Source: Phoronis australis (taxonomy: Eukaryota; Animalia; Phoronida). Taken from it: a stretch of 64,000 bases of DNA. Position numbers and translations under genes: made by a program. This document shows, one piece after another, positions 62,926 to 64,000 of this stretch (its first letter is position 1; every line of letters starts with the position of its first letter). The notes under the pieces are model-generated. The model ran no database searches, had not been told where the DNA came from, and was given only the letters and a program-made list of their open reading frames with translations. The stretch spans positions 74,951-138,950 of the forward strand of contig NMRA01000383.1 of the NCBI GenBank assembly GCA_002633005.1, written 5' to 3'.

Positions 62926-64000
62926 GTACATAGTCAGCAGGCATGACTGTCAATAGGAACCTTTCAAGTTTGGCATCACACATTGTAATGAATACTAGGA
63001 AGCCTCTGAAGGCTCACAGTGGGGGCTCTTTTTTCAAAGCAGGAAGAAATATACAATGTACAAAGTATATGCATTGTCGCTATTTTGACACTTGATTGAC
63101 AGCATTGTAAAAGTCTTGGTCAACACAGTTTTTTTTAGTAAAAATGCTCACCATAGAAGGCTGTTATATAAACTTAGATGTAAAAACTTTGATCTGTGCA
63201 TTTTTTGTAAAAAAAATCTGTGTGTTTGGGGGTATTGCTGGGGGTGGGGGGTTACGCGTCGGAATCATGGACGCCCTGGAATATTGGGAACCCCATTTTG
63301 GATACCCTATTTTCAAAATCCTGGATAAAGGCCTGATAGTCAGACAAGGAACAGTCGACACAAAGGGCGGTCAAGCCAAGAACTAGACACCTTACACCAG
63401 ATGTGAAGAGGACACTGACAATTCACCAGCATCAATCAATGCTCAACTGTGTATCCAGGGCTATTTCCTTTTATCCTGAGGGTCCCCCATATCATCTTGA
63501 CTTTGTAGATGAATGGTTGCAGTTAGAACACACAAACTAAGTGGCCATGCTGGCAGTATCATCAGAACTTAGGCGTGACACAAAGCAGCTTATCCAAACT
63601 ATACAGTCTAACGTACTTGTCTACAAGTGCACTACTCATTAATAAATTCACAGTTTAGCATAGTACTAAAAAGAATGATGGTTATCATTTTACAATTTTC
63701 CAATTAACACCTTGTACCTATAATTCATTCTTTTCAGAATACAAACATCAGCAGCACTAACAGATGACTAAACCAGCCGCTACAAAATGTAAATTCATAT
63801 ATTATAACGCAGAGCGTTCTAAAAGAACATATAATGTTTCAAAAAAAAAGCTTTACAACAAAACTGTGCAGAACAGCCCAGGTTGAGAACACGGACAAAT
63901 CTGTTTCCTCCCTAAAGAACAGTAGGATTGTTCTCACTCGCAGCAAAATCGTTTCTTCATAGGCCACATTACTTTTCAATACATCACATGAGAACACCTT

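Overview
Eukaryotic, intron-rich, AT-rich animal DNA from a gapped draft assembly. It is probably an invertebrate bilaterian; the species cannot be determined from the sequence. Three spliced genes were reconstructed by hand with consistent GT-AG sites and intron phases: (1) a complete TMEM143-like gene (minus strand, 6 coding exons, 511 aa); (2) a complete GINS2/PSF2 gene (plus strand, 5 coding exons, 184 aa), head-to-head with TMEM143 across a 192-bp E2F/NRF1/YY1-type bidirectional promoter; (3) a 5'-incomplete GSE1-like gene (minus strand, 12 coding exons, at least 1025 aa), tail-to-tail with GINS2 as in human 16q24. The last ~27 kb has no recognisable coding exon. Introns and spacers hold TTAA-flanked Kolobok-type elements, hAT-like and Tc2/pogo-like MITEs, a foldback element, many minisatellites (two with higher-order structure) and a ~1.3-1.4 kb duplication that is probably an allelic assembly artefact. 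The most notable observations are the GINS2-GSE1 microsynteny, a minisatellite built from a functional GSE1 splice acceptor, a Kolobok derivative with a THAP-like start and promoter motifs in both TIRs, and a repeat-borne array of CTCF-like motifs between the convergent genes. No wholly novel protein-coding system could be supported. Almost all short ORFs in the supplied track are spurious.
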